From an uncultured Thermoplasmata archaeon (GTDB lineage Archaea; Thermoplasmatota; Thermoplasmata; Lutacidiplasmatales; UBA184): 64,000 nucleotides of DNA. The notes under the pieces were generated by a model. It saw only the letters and a program-made list of their open reading frames with translations, ran no database searches and was not told the origin of the DNA. Below are positions 51,513-60,743 of the stretch, piece after piece; within the stretch, counting starts at the first letter, position 1; each line of letters starts with the position of its first letter. The stretch is from positions 396,031-460,030 of the forward strand of contig CAVVLX010000007.1 in NCBI GenBank assembly GCA_963749195.1. Reading direction: 5' to 3'. The translations under genes and the position numbers were made by a program.

Positions 51513-52382
51513 GTGCGTTCCTACTCGTTCGATGCGCTAGCCGACCGTTTCGACGAGACCCGAACGATCGATCCGTCGTCGTTCGATCGATCGGTAGCGT
51601 ATCTCGTCAAGAGAATACCACCGGCTCGATTTCCCCGAATGCTCGAAATCGGCGTGGGAACGGGGCGAATCGCAACGCCCCTCGCCGCGCGCGGCTACCA
51701 GGTAGTCGGAGTCGACATTGCGGTTCGCATGCTGGAGCGAGCCGCCGGGCACCAAAGTCAACGAGCCCCGAATCGGGTCGCACTGCTCTTGGCCGACGCA
51801 ACGAAGCTCCCGTTCCGGTCCGGAACCTTCGACGTGGTCTATTGGGCTCACGTACTCCACTTGATTCCCGAGTGGCGTCGCGCTCTCGACGAAGCCCTCC
51901 GCTGCCTCCGGCCTGGGGGAGTCCTGGTAGGAATGGGCACCGGACGGGGCCGCGAGATCCCCCGGATGTTTCGCCAGTACCAGAGGATCGCACGCGCTCA
52001 TGGGTATTCGCGTCCACGGCTCGGAGCCCGACGTCGGGAGACGGTGTTCCGATTCCCCGCGCGGCGCGGGTGCGCGATACAGACGGTCTCGATCGAATGG
52101 AGGTGGGAAACCCACGTGCCGGTCCAAGAAGCCCTCGACGATATCCAAGCGCGCTCCTACGCCGCCGTTCGGTTCACGCCCGCCCGCGTCCATTCGAAAA
52201 TCATGGTCGAGCTGCGACGCTGGTGTCGGGTTCGCTGGGTCGGAAAAAATCCTACGGTTGCGGTGCCGAGTGCGATCTCGTTCCAACTCGCAGTCCAGAA
52301 GGGACGAACGGATCTTCGGCGAAAATCGCCCCGTTCAATCGCTGACGAACGGCAGAAGGTTCCACGAACTCAAAAGTCTTAA
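51513..52382 (+). CDS. Class I SAM-dependent methyltransferase; start uncertain
   Basis: SFDALADRFDETR, LEIGVGTGRIA, GVDIA, ADATKLPF, HVLHLI, LRPGG. Confidence 0.88.
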   Translation: MRSYSFDALADRFDETRTIDPSSFDRSVAYLVKRIPPARFPRMLEIGVGTGRIATPLAARGYQVVGVDIAVRMLERAAGHQSQRAPNRVALLLADATKLPFRSGTFDVVYWAHVLHLIPEWRRALDEALRCLRPGGVLVGMGTGRGREIPRMFRQYQRIARAHGYSRPRLGARRRETVFRFPARRGCAIQTVSIEWRWETHVPVQEALDDIQARSYAAVRFTPARVHSKIMVELRRWCRVRWVGKNPTVAVPSAISFQLAVQKGRTDLRRKSPRSIADERQKVPRTQKS

Positions 52383-52421
52383 TAGCGGACCCCACTACGC
52401 CGCATCGGAGTCAATTATTCC

Positions 52422-53093
52422 ATGGCCCGTCGTGCAACGGCGAAACCGGTTCCGTCACCCACTCCCGAAGCGAACCCGCCTGCGCCGATGCCGGAAGATG
52501 ATTTCGTCTTGTCTCTCAAGCACGAACTGGCCCGTACCCAAGAGGAGGCGGGCGCGAAAGGAACCGAGGATTTCTCTCACCGTGCGGAGCTGAACCGCCG
52601 GATCCTTCAGGACCTTTGGGAGATCCACAATCAATTCGAAGAGATTTCGGTCCACGTTACGATCGAGCCATCCCAGACCCTGTTCGCCACCTTCGTCGAA
52701 TACCCATCGAAGTGGGCGTTCAAGGAGAATTTCGACTTTGGCGCGGTCAAGACGATCGAGTTGGCTGATCGCGAACATGGGTGGGGAGGCTTTGCCCTGC
52801 GGATCTGGTACTACCGGGCGTCGGACGGAAAGGGCCGTCTCCGCGGGATCTTCGAATGGACCGAGGGCGAGAGCTACCATCGCTATTCGGGGTGGATGCG
52901 AATGATGCGGCAAGCCGTTCTCTACGACGCGGAGGAAGACCGAGTGAGCATCAAAGAGTTCCACCAAGTGCTCCGAGACGTCGTCGTCAAGTGGTACGCG
53001 GCGCATATCGACCGCAAGCCCGAAGAGTTCATCGAACACATTCAAGAGAAGTACCCGAAAGGCGCCTCGTACGCGAAAGAATCGTATCGCTAG
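52422..53093 (+). CDS. Hypothetical protein
   Basis: Clean 223-aa ORF with globular composition and an upstream AT-rich promoter-like motif; family not recognised. Confidence 0.8.
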   Translation: MARRATAKPVPSPTPEANPPAPMPEDDFVLSLKHELARTQEEAGAKGTEDFSHRAELNRRILQDLWEIHNQFEEISVHVTIEPSQTLFATFVEYPSKWAFKENFDFGAVKTIELADREHGWGGFALRIWYYRASDGKGRLRGIFEWTEGESYHRYSGWMRMMRQAVLYDAEEDRVSIKEFHQVLRDVVVKWYAAHIDRKPEEFIEHIQEKYPKGASYAKESYR

Positions 53094-53262
53094 GCTTCTG
53101 ACGCACTCCGCGACTCCCTCTCACTCTTCCGGGGACCGTTCGTCGCAAGAGTTGAAATAAGTCCCCACTTCTCCCCGCTCCCGCCACGTCTTCCTCGACA
53201 CCGATTGACAGCGGGCCGCGGTGTCACGGGTCGATCCGGGCAACGTAATCGGAGAGGGACAT

Positions 53263-54777
53263 ATGTCCGGAGAGCTCCGCGAACATTTGGTCGCTTACTT
53301 CGAGGATCATCACAAGATCCTCGAAACGGGGGCGCTCCAACTACTCCTCGATGATACGCAACCCCTCGCGTTATCTCGCCAGCTGCTTGAACTCGCGAAG
53401 CCCGAAGCCCTGCTCGTCACCCGCGAGATGGTCGAAGGGGCTCTCGCACGAAGGAACCGAGTGTCACCGTCTCCCCGGGCGCCGGAGCCGGGAGGGGATC
53501 GGACCGCGGCCCCGATCGCGGCCCCGGCTCCGCCGTTCGACCTGATCTGCGAAGGGTACACAGAATCCACCCTGAATCCCGGACCACTCGAAGCCTATGG
53601 GGCGCTCTTCAACTCGCGTTTTCAGCAATTGTCCCGCTTGCTCCGAGGCAGGTCGGATCTACCGAACCTTCGACCGATCAAGGAGCTGCGACCGGTCGAA
53701 GGACGCGCGTCGATTATCGCCATGATCCGGGACGTCCGTTTGACAGCGGAAAAGCATCACGTCATTCTCCAGGTCGAAGACGAATCGGGCGCGATCGACC
53801 TTCTCGTCCCGAGAGATTCTCTGGTGTCGCGAACGACGTTCTTGCCGGACGAGATCATCGGGGCGCATCTCCAACTGCCTCGCGAGCGAGGGAGACTCCC
53901 CCGGGTGCTCTCGGTGGAGCGGCCCGACGTCTCCCTCGGTCGTAAAGTCGGGCGAGCGACCGTTCCGAGCCGCGTACTCTTCTTGTCCGATCTCCACATT
54001 GGGAGCCGATCATTTCTGGGAGAATCCTGGGCGCAACTGGCATCGTTTCTCCACGGACGCGGCCCCGAACCCGAGCTCGCCCAATCGATCGAACACGTCG
54101 TCGTCGCGGGGGATCTGGTGGACGGGATCGGTATCTATCCAAAGCAGGAACGCGACCTCGCGATCGCGGACGTCTACGAGCAGTATGTGGAGCTCGGGCG
54201 TCGGTTGCGAGAGTTACCGGGACGTCTGAATATCGTGGTCGTTCCGGGTAACCACGATGCGGTCTGTCCGGCCGAGCCGCAGCCCGCTCTTCCTCCCACC
54301 GTTCGGGCTCACCTCCCGACGAACGTGCGCCCGTTGGCTAATCCGTCGACGTTCGCGTTGAACGGGGTGGTCGTCGAGGCCTACCATGGCCGTAGCTTCG
54401 ATGACCTGATTCCCGCCCTCCCCGGAGCGAGCTACGCCCGGCCGACGGAGGTAATGAAGCGGATGCTCGCGATGCGTCACCTGGCCCCGATTTATGGGGG
54501 TCGAACCCCGTTGGCGCCGTACTCGCGGGACGGTCTCGTCATCGATCCCACCCCGGACATCCTCGTGACGGGTCATGCCCACACTTACGGAGTCGATCAG
54601 TATCGCGGGGTTCTCCTGCTGAACGCCTCCACCTGGCAGGCCGAAACGGAATACCAACGGATGCGGAACATCTCCCCGGTTCCGGCTCGCGCCGCGGTCG
54701 TCGATCTGACTTCCATCCGACTGACCACGCTCGACTTCTCCGGAAGTTCCCCCGTCGTGGGAGGAGCCGTCGGGTGA
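53263..54777 (+). CDS. polB: DNA polymerase II (PolD) small subunit DP1
   Basis: OB fold VEDESG; phosphoesterase motifs SDLHIGS, AGDLVDGIGIYP, PGNHD, YHGRS, HLAPIYG, GHAH. Confidence 0.96.
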   Translation: MSGELREHLVAYFEDHHKILETGALQLLLDDTQPLALSRQLLELAKPEALLVTREMVEGALARRNRVSPSPRAPEPGGDRTAAPIAAPAPPFDLICEGYTESTLNPGPLEAYGALFNSRFQQLSRLLRGRSDLPNLRPIKELRPVEGRASIIAMIRDVRLTAEKHHVILQVEDESGAIDLLVPRDSLVSRTTFLPDEIIGAHLQLPRERGRLPRVLSVERPDVSLGRKVGRATVPSRVLFLSDLHIGSRSFLGESWAQLASFLHGRGPEPELAQSIEHVVVAGDLVDGIGIYPKQERDLAIADVYEQYVELGRRLRELPGRLNIVVVPGNHDAVCPAEPQPALPPTVRAHLPTNVRPLANPSTFALNGVVVEAYHGRSFDDLIPALPGASYARPTEVMKRMLAMRHLAPIYGGRTPLAPYSRDGLVIDPTPDILVTGHAHTYGVDQYRGVLLLNASTWQAETEYQRMRNISPVPARAAVVDLTSIRLTTLDFSGSSPVVGGAVG

Positions 54778-55256
54778 CTCCGTACCCGCTCGATCCGGTC
54801 GAGGCGACCGGCCCGATGCGGCTCGTGGTGACGACTTTCCCCAGCCCGGAAGTCGCGGAGTCGCGGATCCACGAAGTACTCGACCGTCGTCTCGCCGCGT
54901 GTGCGAATCGCTGGCCGATCATCTCCCAGTACTGGTGGAAGAACGCTCGGGAAACGACGCCGGAAGTGATCGTGGTGTTCAAAACCGTCCCGAAACGCGT
55001 CGGGGGATTGTTCCGGTTTCTCAAGGAAACCCATCCGTATCAGGTTCCTGAAATCATCGAGCTGGACGTTCCCCGGGTGGAACCGGCCTATCTCAGCTAT
55101 CTGGTGGCGACTCTCGATTCCTCGTCCACCCCGACTTCGCCCGGGGGAAGATCGCCTACGCATCGGGCAAGACCGACAAACCCGGCAGGTCGCCGCCCCG
55201 CACGAATTCGAGTGCCGCACCGCCGCCGGTGGAAACGTACTGGAAGACGTTCGTGA
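54774..55256 (+). CDS. cutA: Divalent-cation tolerance protein CutA
   Basis: VVTTFP, RLAACAN, SQYWW, HPYQVPEII; tail overlaps the pgk 3' end. Confidence 0.9.
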   Translation: MTPYPLDPVEATGPMRLVVTTFPSPEVAESRIHEVLDRRLAACANRWPIISQYWWKNARETTPEVIVVFKTVPKRVGGLFRFLKETHPYQVPEIIELDVPRVEPAYLSYLVATLDSSSTPTSPGGRSPTHRARPTNPAGRRPARIRVPHRRRWKRTGRRS

Positions 55257-56337
55257 CCCCGAGGTCTTGCGCGATTCGAGCGGAGTCGCCACCGGCGCAG
55301 ACATGATAGCCGGGCCCGCCGGCGAGCGCCGAGAGCACCTCGCGAGTTCCGGCGGCAAACCGAGGGTCTTCCGCCATCCCGAGGGGGCCGTTCCAAAAGA
55401 CGAGCTGGGCCGACGTCAGCGCCTCCGCGAACTGGCGCCGCGTGGCCGGGCCGATGTCCCGGACAATACCGTCCCGAGGGATCGCCGCGACGGGCCCGGT
55501 GACCGGGGTCCGGGGACTGGGAAGTTCGGCGACGGCATCTTGGGGAAAAATCACCTGGGTCCCACTTTTCCGGGCGCTCTCGAGGAACTCCAAGGTAGCG
55601 CGCTCGAGGCCGGTCTCTGCTACCGTGGCTCCGAGCTTTGCGCCCAGGGCCTTCTGGAAGGGGAACGCGAGCGCCCCCCCGATCAGCAAGGTATCGGCTC
55701 GTCCAAGAAAACTGGTGAGGAGGGGGAGCTTGTCGGCGACCTTCGCGCCGCCCACGAGCACCACGTACGGATGGGCCGGCGCGTGGACGAATCGAGATAA
55801 CTCGCGAACCTCGCGCTCGACCAAGATCCCCGCGAACGACGGGAGGTGCTGCGGGACGCCGACGGTCGAGGCGTGGGATCGATGCAAGGTGCCGAACGCC
55901 TCTTCCACGAACAGCTCGCCAAGCTGCGCCAGTTGAGCCGCAAACGCGGGGTCGTTCGCCTCCTCGCCGGCGTGAAACCGAAGATTCTCGAGCATCAGGA
56001 ATTCCCCGTTCTTGAGCCGGGTCGCCATCTCGAGGCTTCGCATTCCCACCGCATCCTCGGTCATCGAGACCGGCTGCCCGAGGATCGAGGAGAGGCGGTG
56101 AACGACGGGTCTCAAGGAGTAGCGCATGTCCCGATGCCCGCCCGGCCGGCCGAGGTGCGTCATGAGGATCGTTCGAGCGCCGGCGGCGCGCAGATGGTTC
56201 AGGGTCGGCAACGCTTCTCGAATTCGGTGGTCGTCGGCGACCTGCCCGGTTGAGTCTTGCGGAACGTTGAAATCCACTCGAACGAGGACTCGGCGACCGC
56301 GCACGGGCGCGCTTTGAACTCCGCGTTTCTCGGTCAT
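55156..56337 (-). CDS. pgk: Phosphoglycerate kinase
   Basis: VRVDFNVP, HLGRP, LENLRF, GGAKVADK, WNGPLG, GGDS, VSTGGGA. Confidence 0.97.
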   Translation of the reverse strand: MTEKRGVQSAPVRGRRVLVRVDFNVPQDSTGQVADDHRIREALPTLNHLRAAGARTILMTHLGRPGGHRDMRYSLRPVVHRLSSILGQPVSMTEDAVGMRSLEMATRLKNGEFLMLENLRFHAGEEANDPAFAAQLAQLGELFVEEAFGTLHRSHASTVGVPQHLPSFAGILVEREVRELSRFVHAPAHPYVVLVGGAKVADKLPLLTSFLGRADTLLIGGALAFPFQKALGAKLGATVAETGLERATLEFLESARKSGTQVIFPQDAVAELPSPRTPVTGPVAAIPRDGIVRDIGPATRRQFAEALTSAQLVFWNGPLGMAEDPRFAAGTREVLSALAGGPGYHVCAGGDSARIAQDLGVTNVFQYVSTGGGAALEFVRGGDLPGLSVLPDA

Positions 56338-56449
56338 TCACCCTCGCGAGGGGTCTCAACCTATGAGGATTGTGAGGCCGCAACGGAACCTATACCTTCT
56401 GTAACGCCACGAAATAACAGAGTGCTGCTCCCACGACCCATCGGTCGAA

Positions 56450-57397
56450 TCAATGGGTCGAAGGAGTCGACGTACCTCGAGCTTTTTCGTGGATGAGCGC
56501 GATCATCCGCTCGGTCGCCGGCAGGTTCACCCCGTGGCGCAAGGCTTCTCTCAGGATGGCCCCGGAAATCGCATCAATCTCGGTGGGCCGACCGAGTGCG
56601 AGGTCTTGCACCATGCTGGATCGGTTCGAGGCGGTCGCTCGCAATATCCGATCGAGATCTTGATCGACTTCGGAATCCCCGAAATCAAAGCCCGCGAAAT
56701 GCGCCGCGTGCTGGGCTTCTCGAAGTAACGTGCGGGCCTCGCTGGCCCAGGGTTCCCTCAAGAGCTCGCCGTTGAGCAATCCGTGAGCCGCCGTGACGGG
56801 ATTGATCGCCGCATTGATCAGCGCTTTTCGCCACACTTCGCGTTCGATCGAGTCGACCAATCGAACCGAAATCCCGGCGCCGTCGAGGAGTCGATGGAAA
56901 AGTGTCGAGTGAACGGACCCTCCTCCCCCCGAAGGATCGGGCAGCAGGATCTCGCCCCTTCCCGCGTGGCGTACCCGGCCGGGCGCGACGAGGGCAGCAG
57001 GGATCGAATTGACCGCCCGGACCAGCCACAGTTCGGGCGTTTTCCACCCGTTGGTACGCAGGGCGTCGGCCACGATCGGCTCGATCCCGAGGCCGTTCTG
57101 GACCGCCAAAATGGGAACGGGAACGGCGATCCCTCGACCGATCATCTTGCTGGCGGTCGCCAAATCGAACGTCTTTACGGTCAATAGTACCGCGTCGGCT
57201 CCCGTGCCGGGCGAAATGGTTGTCATGACGAACGGTCGAAGCGAGGCCTCGGTTTTCCCTTCGATCCGGAGTCCGTCCTGACGGATTGCCTCCGCCTGGC
57301 GTCCTCGGGCTACGAACTGGACCTCTTGACCCGACCGGAGCAAGGCCGCCCCCAAGAGCGATCCGATGGCCCCGGCCCCGACCACGAGGAGTCGCAC
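56450..57397 (-). CDS. panE: 2-dehydropantoate 2-reductase
   Basis: VGAGAIGS, LTVK, QNGLG, WRKALINAAINP, SSMVQD, TEIDAISG. Confidence 0.93.
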   Translation of the reverse strand: MRLLVVGAGAIGSLLGAALLRSGQEVQFVARGRQAEAIRQDGLRIEGKTEASLRPFVMTTISPGTGADAVLLTVKTFDLATASKMIGRGIAVPVPILAVQNGLGIEPIVADALRTNGWKTPELWLVRAVNSIPAALVAPGRVRHAGRGEILLPDPSGGGGSVHSTLFHRLLDGAGISVRLVDSIEREVWRKALINAAINPVTAAHGLLNGELLREPWASEARTLLREAQHAAHFAGFDFGDSEVDQDLDRILRATASNRSSMVQDLALGRPTEIDAISGAILREALRHGVNLPATERMIALIHEKARGTSTPSTH

Positions 57398-57407
57398 CGG
57401 CGACGCC

Positions 57408-57638
57408 TCAGCTCAGCTTGCGGACGAGGTCCTCAAGGGGAGGAGTCTTTCCCCAATCTCGGCGGAGGAGGGTGAGCAGTCCTTCATAGTAGCGAACCTG
57501 CTCCCGCGCTTGGCGCACCTGCAGCGCGAGGTACTCCTCGTCCCGTCGGAGACGGCCGACTTCCGCTTCGAGCTGACGCTCGGCTACGGAGAGGGAGGCC
57601 TCCCTATCGCCCAGCGTACTGGAAGTTCCTCGTCGCAT
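57408..57638 (-). CDS. Small coiled-coil hypothetical protein
   Basis: ERQLEAEVGRLRRDEEYLALQVRQAREQVRYYEGLL; stop lies 10 nt before panE. Confidence 0.65.
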   Translation of the reverse strand: MRRGTSSTLGDREASLSVAERQLEAEVGRLRRDEEYLALQVRQAREQVRYYEGLLTLLRRDWGKTPPLEDLVRKLS

Positions 57639-57852
57639 TCGACCGCTCCCCCCCCGTGATGGTCGTCCCGTAGCGCAATATGACGTCGGAAACCTGGGCG
57701 AGTCGAGCCAGATCCTTTCGAATCCGGCGTAGCTGGCGCTCGAGCTTTCGCCGTCGGGCACGGACTTCGGATAGGGAACCCAGCAGGAGCTCCATCCGAT
57801 GTCGCCACTTTTCGCGCTCCTGCACGCTCAGAAGCACCGTATCGACGTCCAT
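57604..57852 (-). CDS. Small coiled-coil hypothetical protein
   Basis: MDVDTVLLSVQEREKWRHRMELL..RRRKLERQLRRIRKDLARL. Confidence 0.65.
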   Translation of the reverse strand: MDVDTVLLSVQEREKWRHRMELLLGSLSEVRARRRKLERQLRRIRKDLARLAQVSDVILRYGTTITGGERSNATRNFQYAGR

Positions 57853-57997
57853 TGTGGGGGCAAGAGCCGACCGGCGCATCCCCGAATGAATCTTTCGCCT
57901 CGCGCCTCGGACCTATGGGCGGGGGCTCCCCCGGGGGAGGGGCAGGGCTGAGGTTTAAGGCCAGGCGGATTCCTGTTATTCGCACGGAGGCGCGCAG

Positions 57998-58945
57998 ATG
58001 GCACAACTATCCAAAATCGTCGTTCTCGGCGCGGGAAATGTCGGCGGAACTCTGGCCCAACGGCTCGCCGAGGCCGACCTCGCCAAACAGGTCGTTCTTA
58101 TCGATATCATTGAAGGCTTGCCGCAGGGGAAGGCCCTGGATATCCAGGAGTCGGCCCCGATCCTCGGTTTTTCTACGGAAATCACGGGGACCACCTCGCT
58201 GGACGGGCTCCAGGGGGCCGAGGTAGTGGTCGAAACCGCCGGGCTCGCTCGCAAGCCGGGGATGAGCCGATCGGAGCTGCTCGAAAAGAACGCCAGTATC
58301 CTTCGAGGGCATGCCATCGCGGTGAAGGAGAAGGCTCCCCAGGCGATCGTGCAAGTGGTGACGAACCCCGTCGACGTCATGACCTACTGGTTCCGGGAAA
58401 TCTGCGGATTCCCGGGCGCGCGAGTCTTTGGAGAGTCGGGGACCCTGGACACCGCTCGCTTCCGGACGTTTGTGGCGCAAGAGCTGCATGTCGCACCGCG
58501 AGATGTGGTCGGATTCGTGTTGGGGACCCATGGAGATACTATGGTTCCGATTCTGTCTCGAATGAGCGTTTCCGGAGTCCCCCTCTCACGCCTGCTCAGT
58601 CCGCCGCAGTTAGATTCGATCGTGGAACGGACCAAGAAAGGTGGTGGGGAGATCGTGGACCTGCTCAAGACCGGGAGTGCCTACTATGCGCCGTCCGCTT
58701 CCCAAGCCGAGATCGTGCGGGCGATCGCCCACGATGAGCACCGACTCCTGGGGGTCACGGCCTATCTCGATGGGCCATTCGACCTGCACGATATCTACAT
58801 CGGAGTGCCCGCCGTCATTGGTCGTTCCGGAGTGGAACGCGTGGTCGAGGTCGACCTAAATCTCTCCGAACAGACCGCGTTTCAACAGAGCGTCAACGCG
58901 ATCCGCGCGGACCTCGCCCTCCTGGCCCAGTTCCCGCACAGCTAG
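57998..58945 (+). CDS. mdh: Malate dehydrogenase (LDH-like)
   Basis: LGAGNVG, GKALD, AGLARKPGMSR (malate-specific Arg), VTNPVD, LDTARF, HGDTMVP. Confidence 0.95.
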   Translation: MAQLSKIVVLGAGNVGGTLAQRLAEADLAKQVVLIDIIEGLPQGKALDIQESAPILGFSTEITGTTSLDGLQGAEVVVETAGLARKPGMSRSELLEKNASILRGHAIAVKEKAPQAIVQVVTNPVDVMTYWFREICGFPGARVFGESGTLDTARFRTFVAQELHVAPRDVVGFVLGTHGDTMVPILSRMSVSGVPLSRLLSPPQLDSIVERTKKGGGEIVDLLKTGSAYYAPSASQAEIVRAIAHDEHRLLGVTAYLDGPFDLHDIYIGVPAVIGRSGVERVVEVDLNLSEQTAFQQSVNAIRADLALLAQFPHS

Positions 58946-58992
58946 GGGTAGCCTTCCAGAACGGCCCCAGAACCGTACCGGAGTTTCCGCCC

Positions 58993-60270
58993 ATGGAACG
59001 GTTCGATGCGATCGTGTTCGGGGATGGCCCTGCCGGTTATGCGGCGGCGCTCGCCATCCGAGGATCGGGGAAGCAGGTGCTCGTGCTCCGACCTGCCGGG
59101 GAGGCTCCAAGCGAGGAAGCGCTCGGGAGCGGGTTTGTCTATCGGACGTCGCGCGATCCCGCCCTGCCTCTAGGATTATTGGAACCCGTCGGGGAGCGCT
59201 ACCTGAGCGAGATTCGTTGGGTGATGCTGGAACCCGGCGGCTCCACGACAATCGACTGTCGGGATCCGAGCTGGGAACGCCCCGTACCGATCGCCTACGC
59301 TACGACTCGATTGGAGCTACGCGCCAAGCTGTCGACGGCCGCCGAAAAGGCGGGGGTGGAAATTCGCCAAGACACCGCCGATGCGAGCCGGGTCGCGTCG
59401 AGCCCAGGGAGTGAGGGAGGGGATACTTTCGGTGGATCGGCGTTCCAAGCGCCGGTGACCGTCCGCACGATGTTCGGGTCGGGTGGCCCGATCGCTCGCC
59501 CCAACGCGGGTCGAGAGGTGGACCGGGTGGCGGAACAATCGTTTCATTTGACGTCGGCGCAATGGGAGAGTCGTTTGAGCCTGCGACCCTCCCAAGGTGT
59601 CGCATTCGAGATACTACCGGTCGCCACCGGTCCGCTCGTCCGAGGGTTCCTGATCACCCGACAGGACCAGGTATCTTTGGGTGCGATCTTGCATGCGCCT
59701 TCCCAGGTCTCCTCCGACGCGTTGCTCCGTTCCATTCTGGGCGAGATCCGAGGACATCCTTCTATCGCTCCGTTGCTACGCGACGCCCAATCGGACGGGG
59801 TGAATTGTTACAGCCTCCCGAACGGGACCGCCACGCCCCCCGCGGCTTACGGACCCGGTTTTCTACGCGCGGGCGCGGCGCTCGGGACCCCCTGCTTCGA
59901 TGGAATTCGCCCCCTCCGACTTGACCTCGAGGTGCGATCCGGCTGGGTCGCCGGAACGGCGATCGCCCAGATGGACGGAGGGTCTCTCGGTACCCGGAAT
60001 CTGGGTCGCAACTATACGGCCCTTCTGCGATCCTCGGGACTCGTCGAGGAGGCGGCCCGGATGCGAGCCATCTTACGGGACGTATCGTGGAATCCGAAAC
60101 TCATCCGCCGATATCCGATCCTTTTCTCTCGTCTGCTGCACGAGTTGATGCACGAAAGCGGTGCTCCCAAGCGATCGGTTCGATCAACTATCCTTAAGGT
60201 GCAGAAAGCAACGCAGGTGGGCCGGATCTCCATGGCTCTCGACGGGCTACGCACCGGCGGAGTGCTATGA
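58993..60270 (+). CDS. fixC: FixC / ETF-quinone oxidoreductase-like flavoprotein, divergent
   Basis: MERFDAIVFGDGPAG, RGFLIT...VSLG, HPSIAPLL; ATGA overlap with a FixX-like gene. Confidence 0.7.
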   Translation: MERFDAIVFGDGPAGYAAALAIRGSGKQVLVLRPAGEAPSEEALGSGFVYRTSRDPALPLGLLEPVGERYLSEIRWVMLEPGGSTTIDCRDPSWERPVPIAYATTRLELRAKLSTAAEKAGVEIRQDTADASRVASSPGSEGGDTFGGSAFQAPVTVRTMFGSGGPIARPNAGREVDRVAEQSFHLTSAQWESRLSLRPSQGVAFEILPVATGPLVRGFLITRQDQVSLGAILHAPSQVSSDALLRSILGEIRGHPSIAPLLRDAQSDGVNCYSLPNGTATPPAAYGPGFLRAGAALGTPCFDGIRPLRLDLEVRSGWVAGTAIAQMDGGSLGTRNLGRNYTALLRSSGLVEEAARMRAILRDVSWNPKLIRRYPILFSRLLHELMHESGAPKRSVRSTILKVQKATQVGRISMALDGLRTGGVL

Positions 60271-60599
60271 GCGATACTTCGACGGCTTCGAGCGATTCCC
60301 TTCCACCGAGCACCGTGGAGTATGTCGAGATCAAGCGACGGTTGGGAACGTTGCGGTATAACACGGATTCCACGGAACACGCACATATTACGACGAAACC
60401 GACGATCTGTGCTCGATGCCCCCACTCATTTTGCACCTTCGTATGTCCCGCCCAATGCTATCAGCGGATCGAGGGTCGATTGGTGTTCCGATATGAGGAT
60501 TGTGTGGAATGCGGGGCCTGCGCCATCGCGTGTGACCAGGGTTCGGTGACGTGGAATCTTCCCCGTGGTCCCTTCGGGGTCCGTTACTCCTTTGGATGA
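60267..60599 (+). CDS. fixX: FixX-like ferredoxin
   Basis: CARC..CTFVCPAQCY, YEDCVECGACAIAC, WNLPRGPFGVRY. Confidence 0.9.
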   Translation: MSDTSTASSDSLPPSTVEYVEIKRRLGTLRYNTDSTEHAHITTKPTICARCPHSFCTFVCPAQCYQRIEGRLVFRYEDCVECGACAIACDQGSVTWNLPRGPFGVRYSFG

Positions 60600-60743
60600 G
60601 CCGACGGACGCGGGACCCTGGGGGGTCACCGTTCCACTGAAGGCACACCTTCAAACCCCGTTTTCCATCTCACGAGAGCCGGAGAGAAACTTACGCCTCC
60701 AGCATCGGTCGTCCCAGAGCCCCCGTACCTGTTTCCCTACCGA

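Noticed and set aside
55156..55256. 101-nt convergent overlap of cutA and pgk
   Set aside because: The CutA domain ends before the overlap; the tail looks like simple stop-codon drift.
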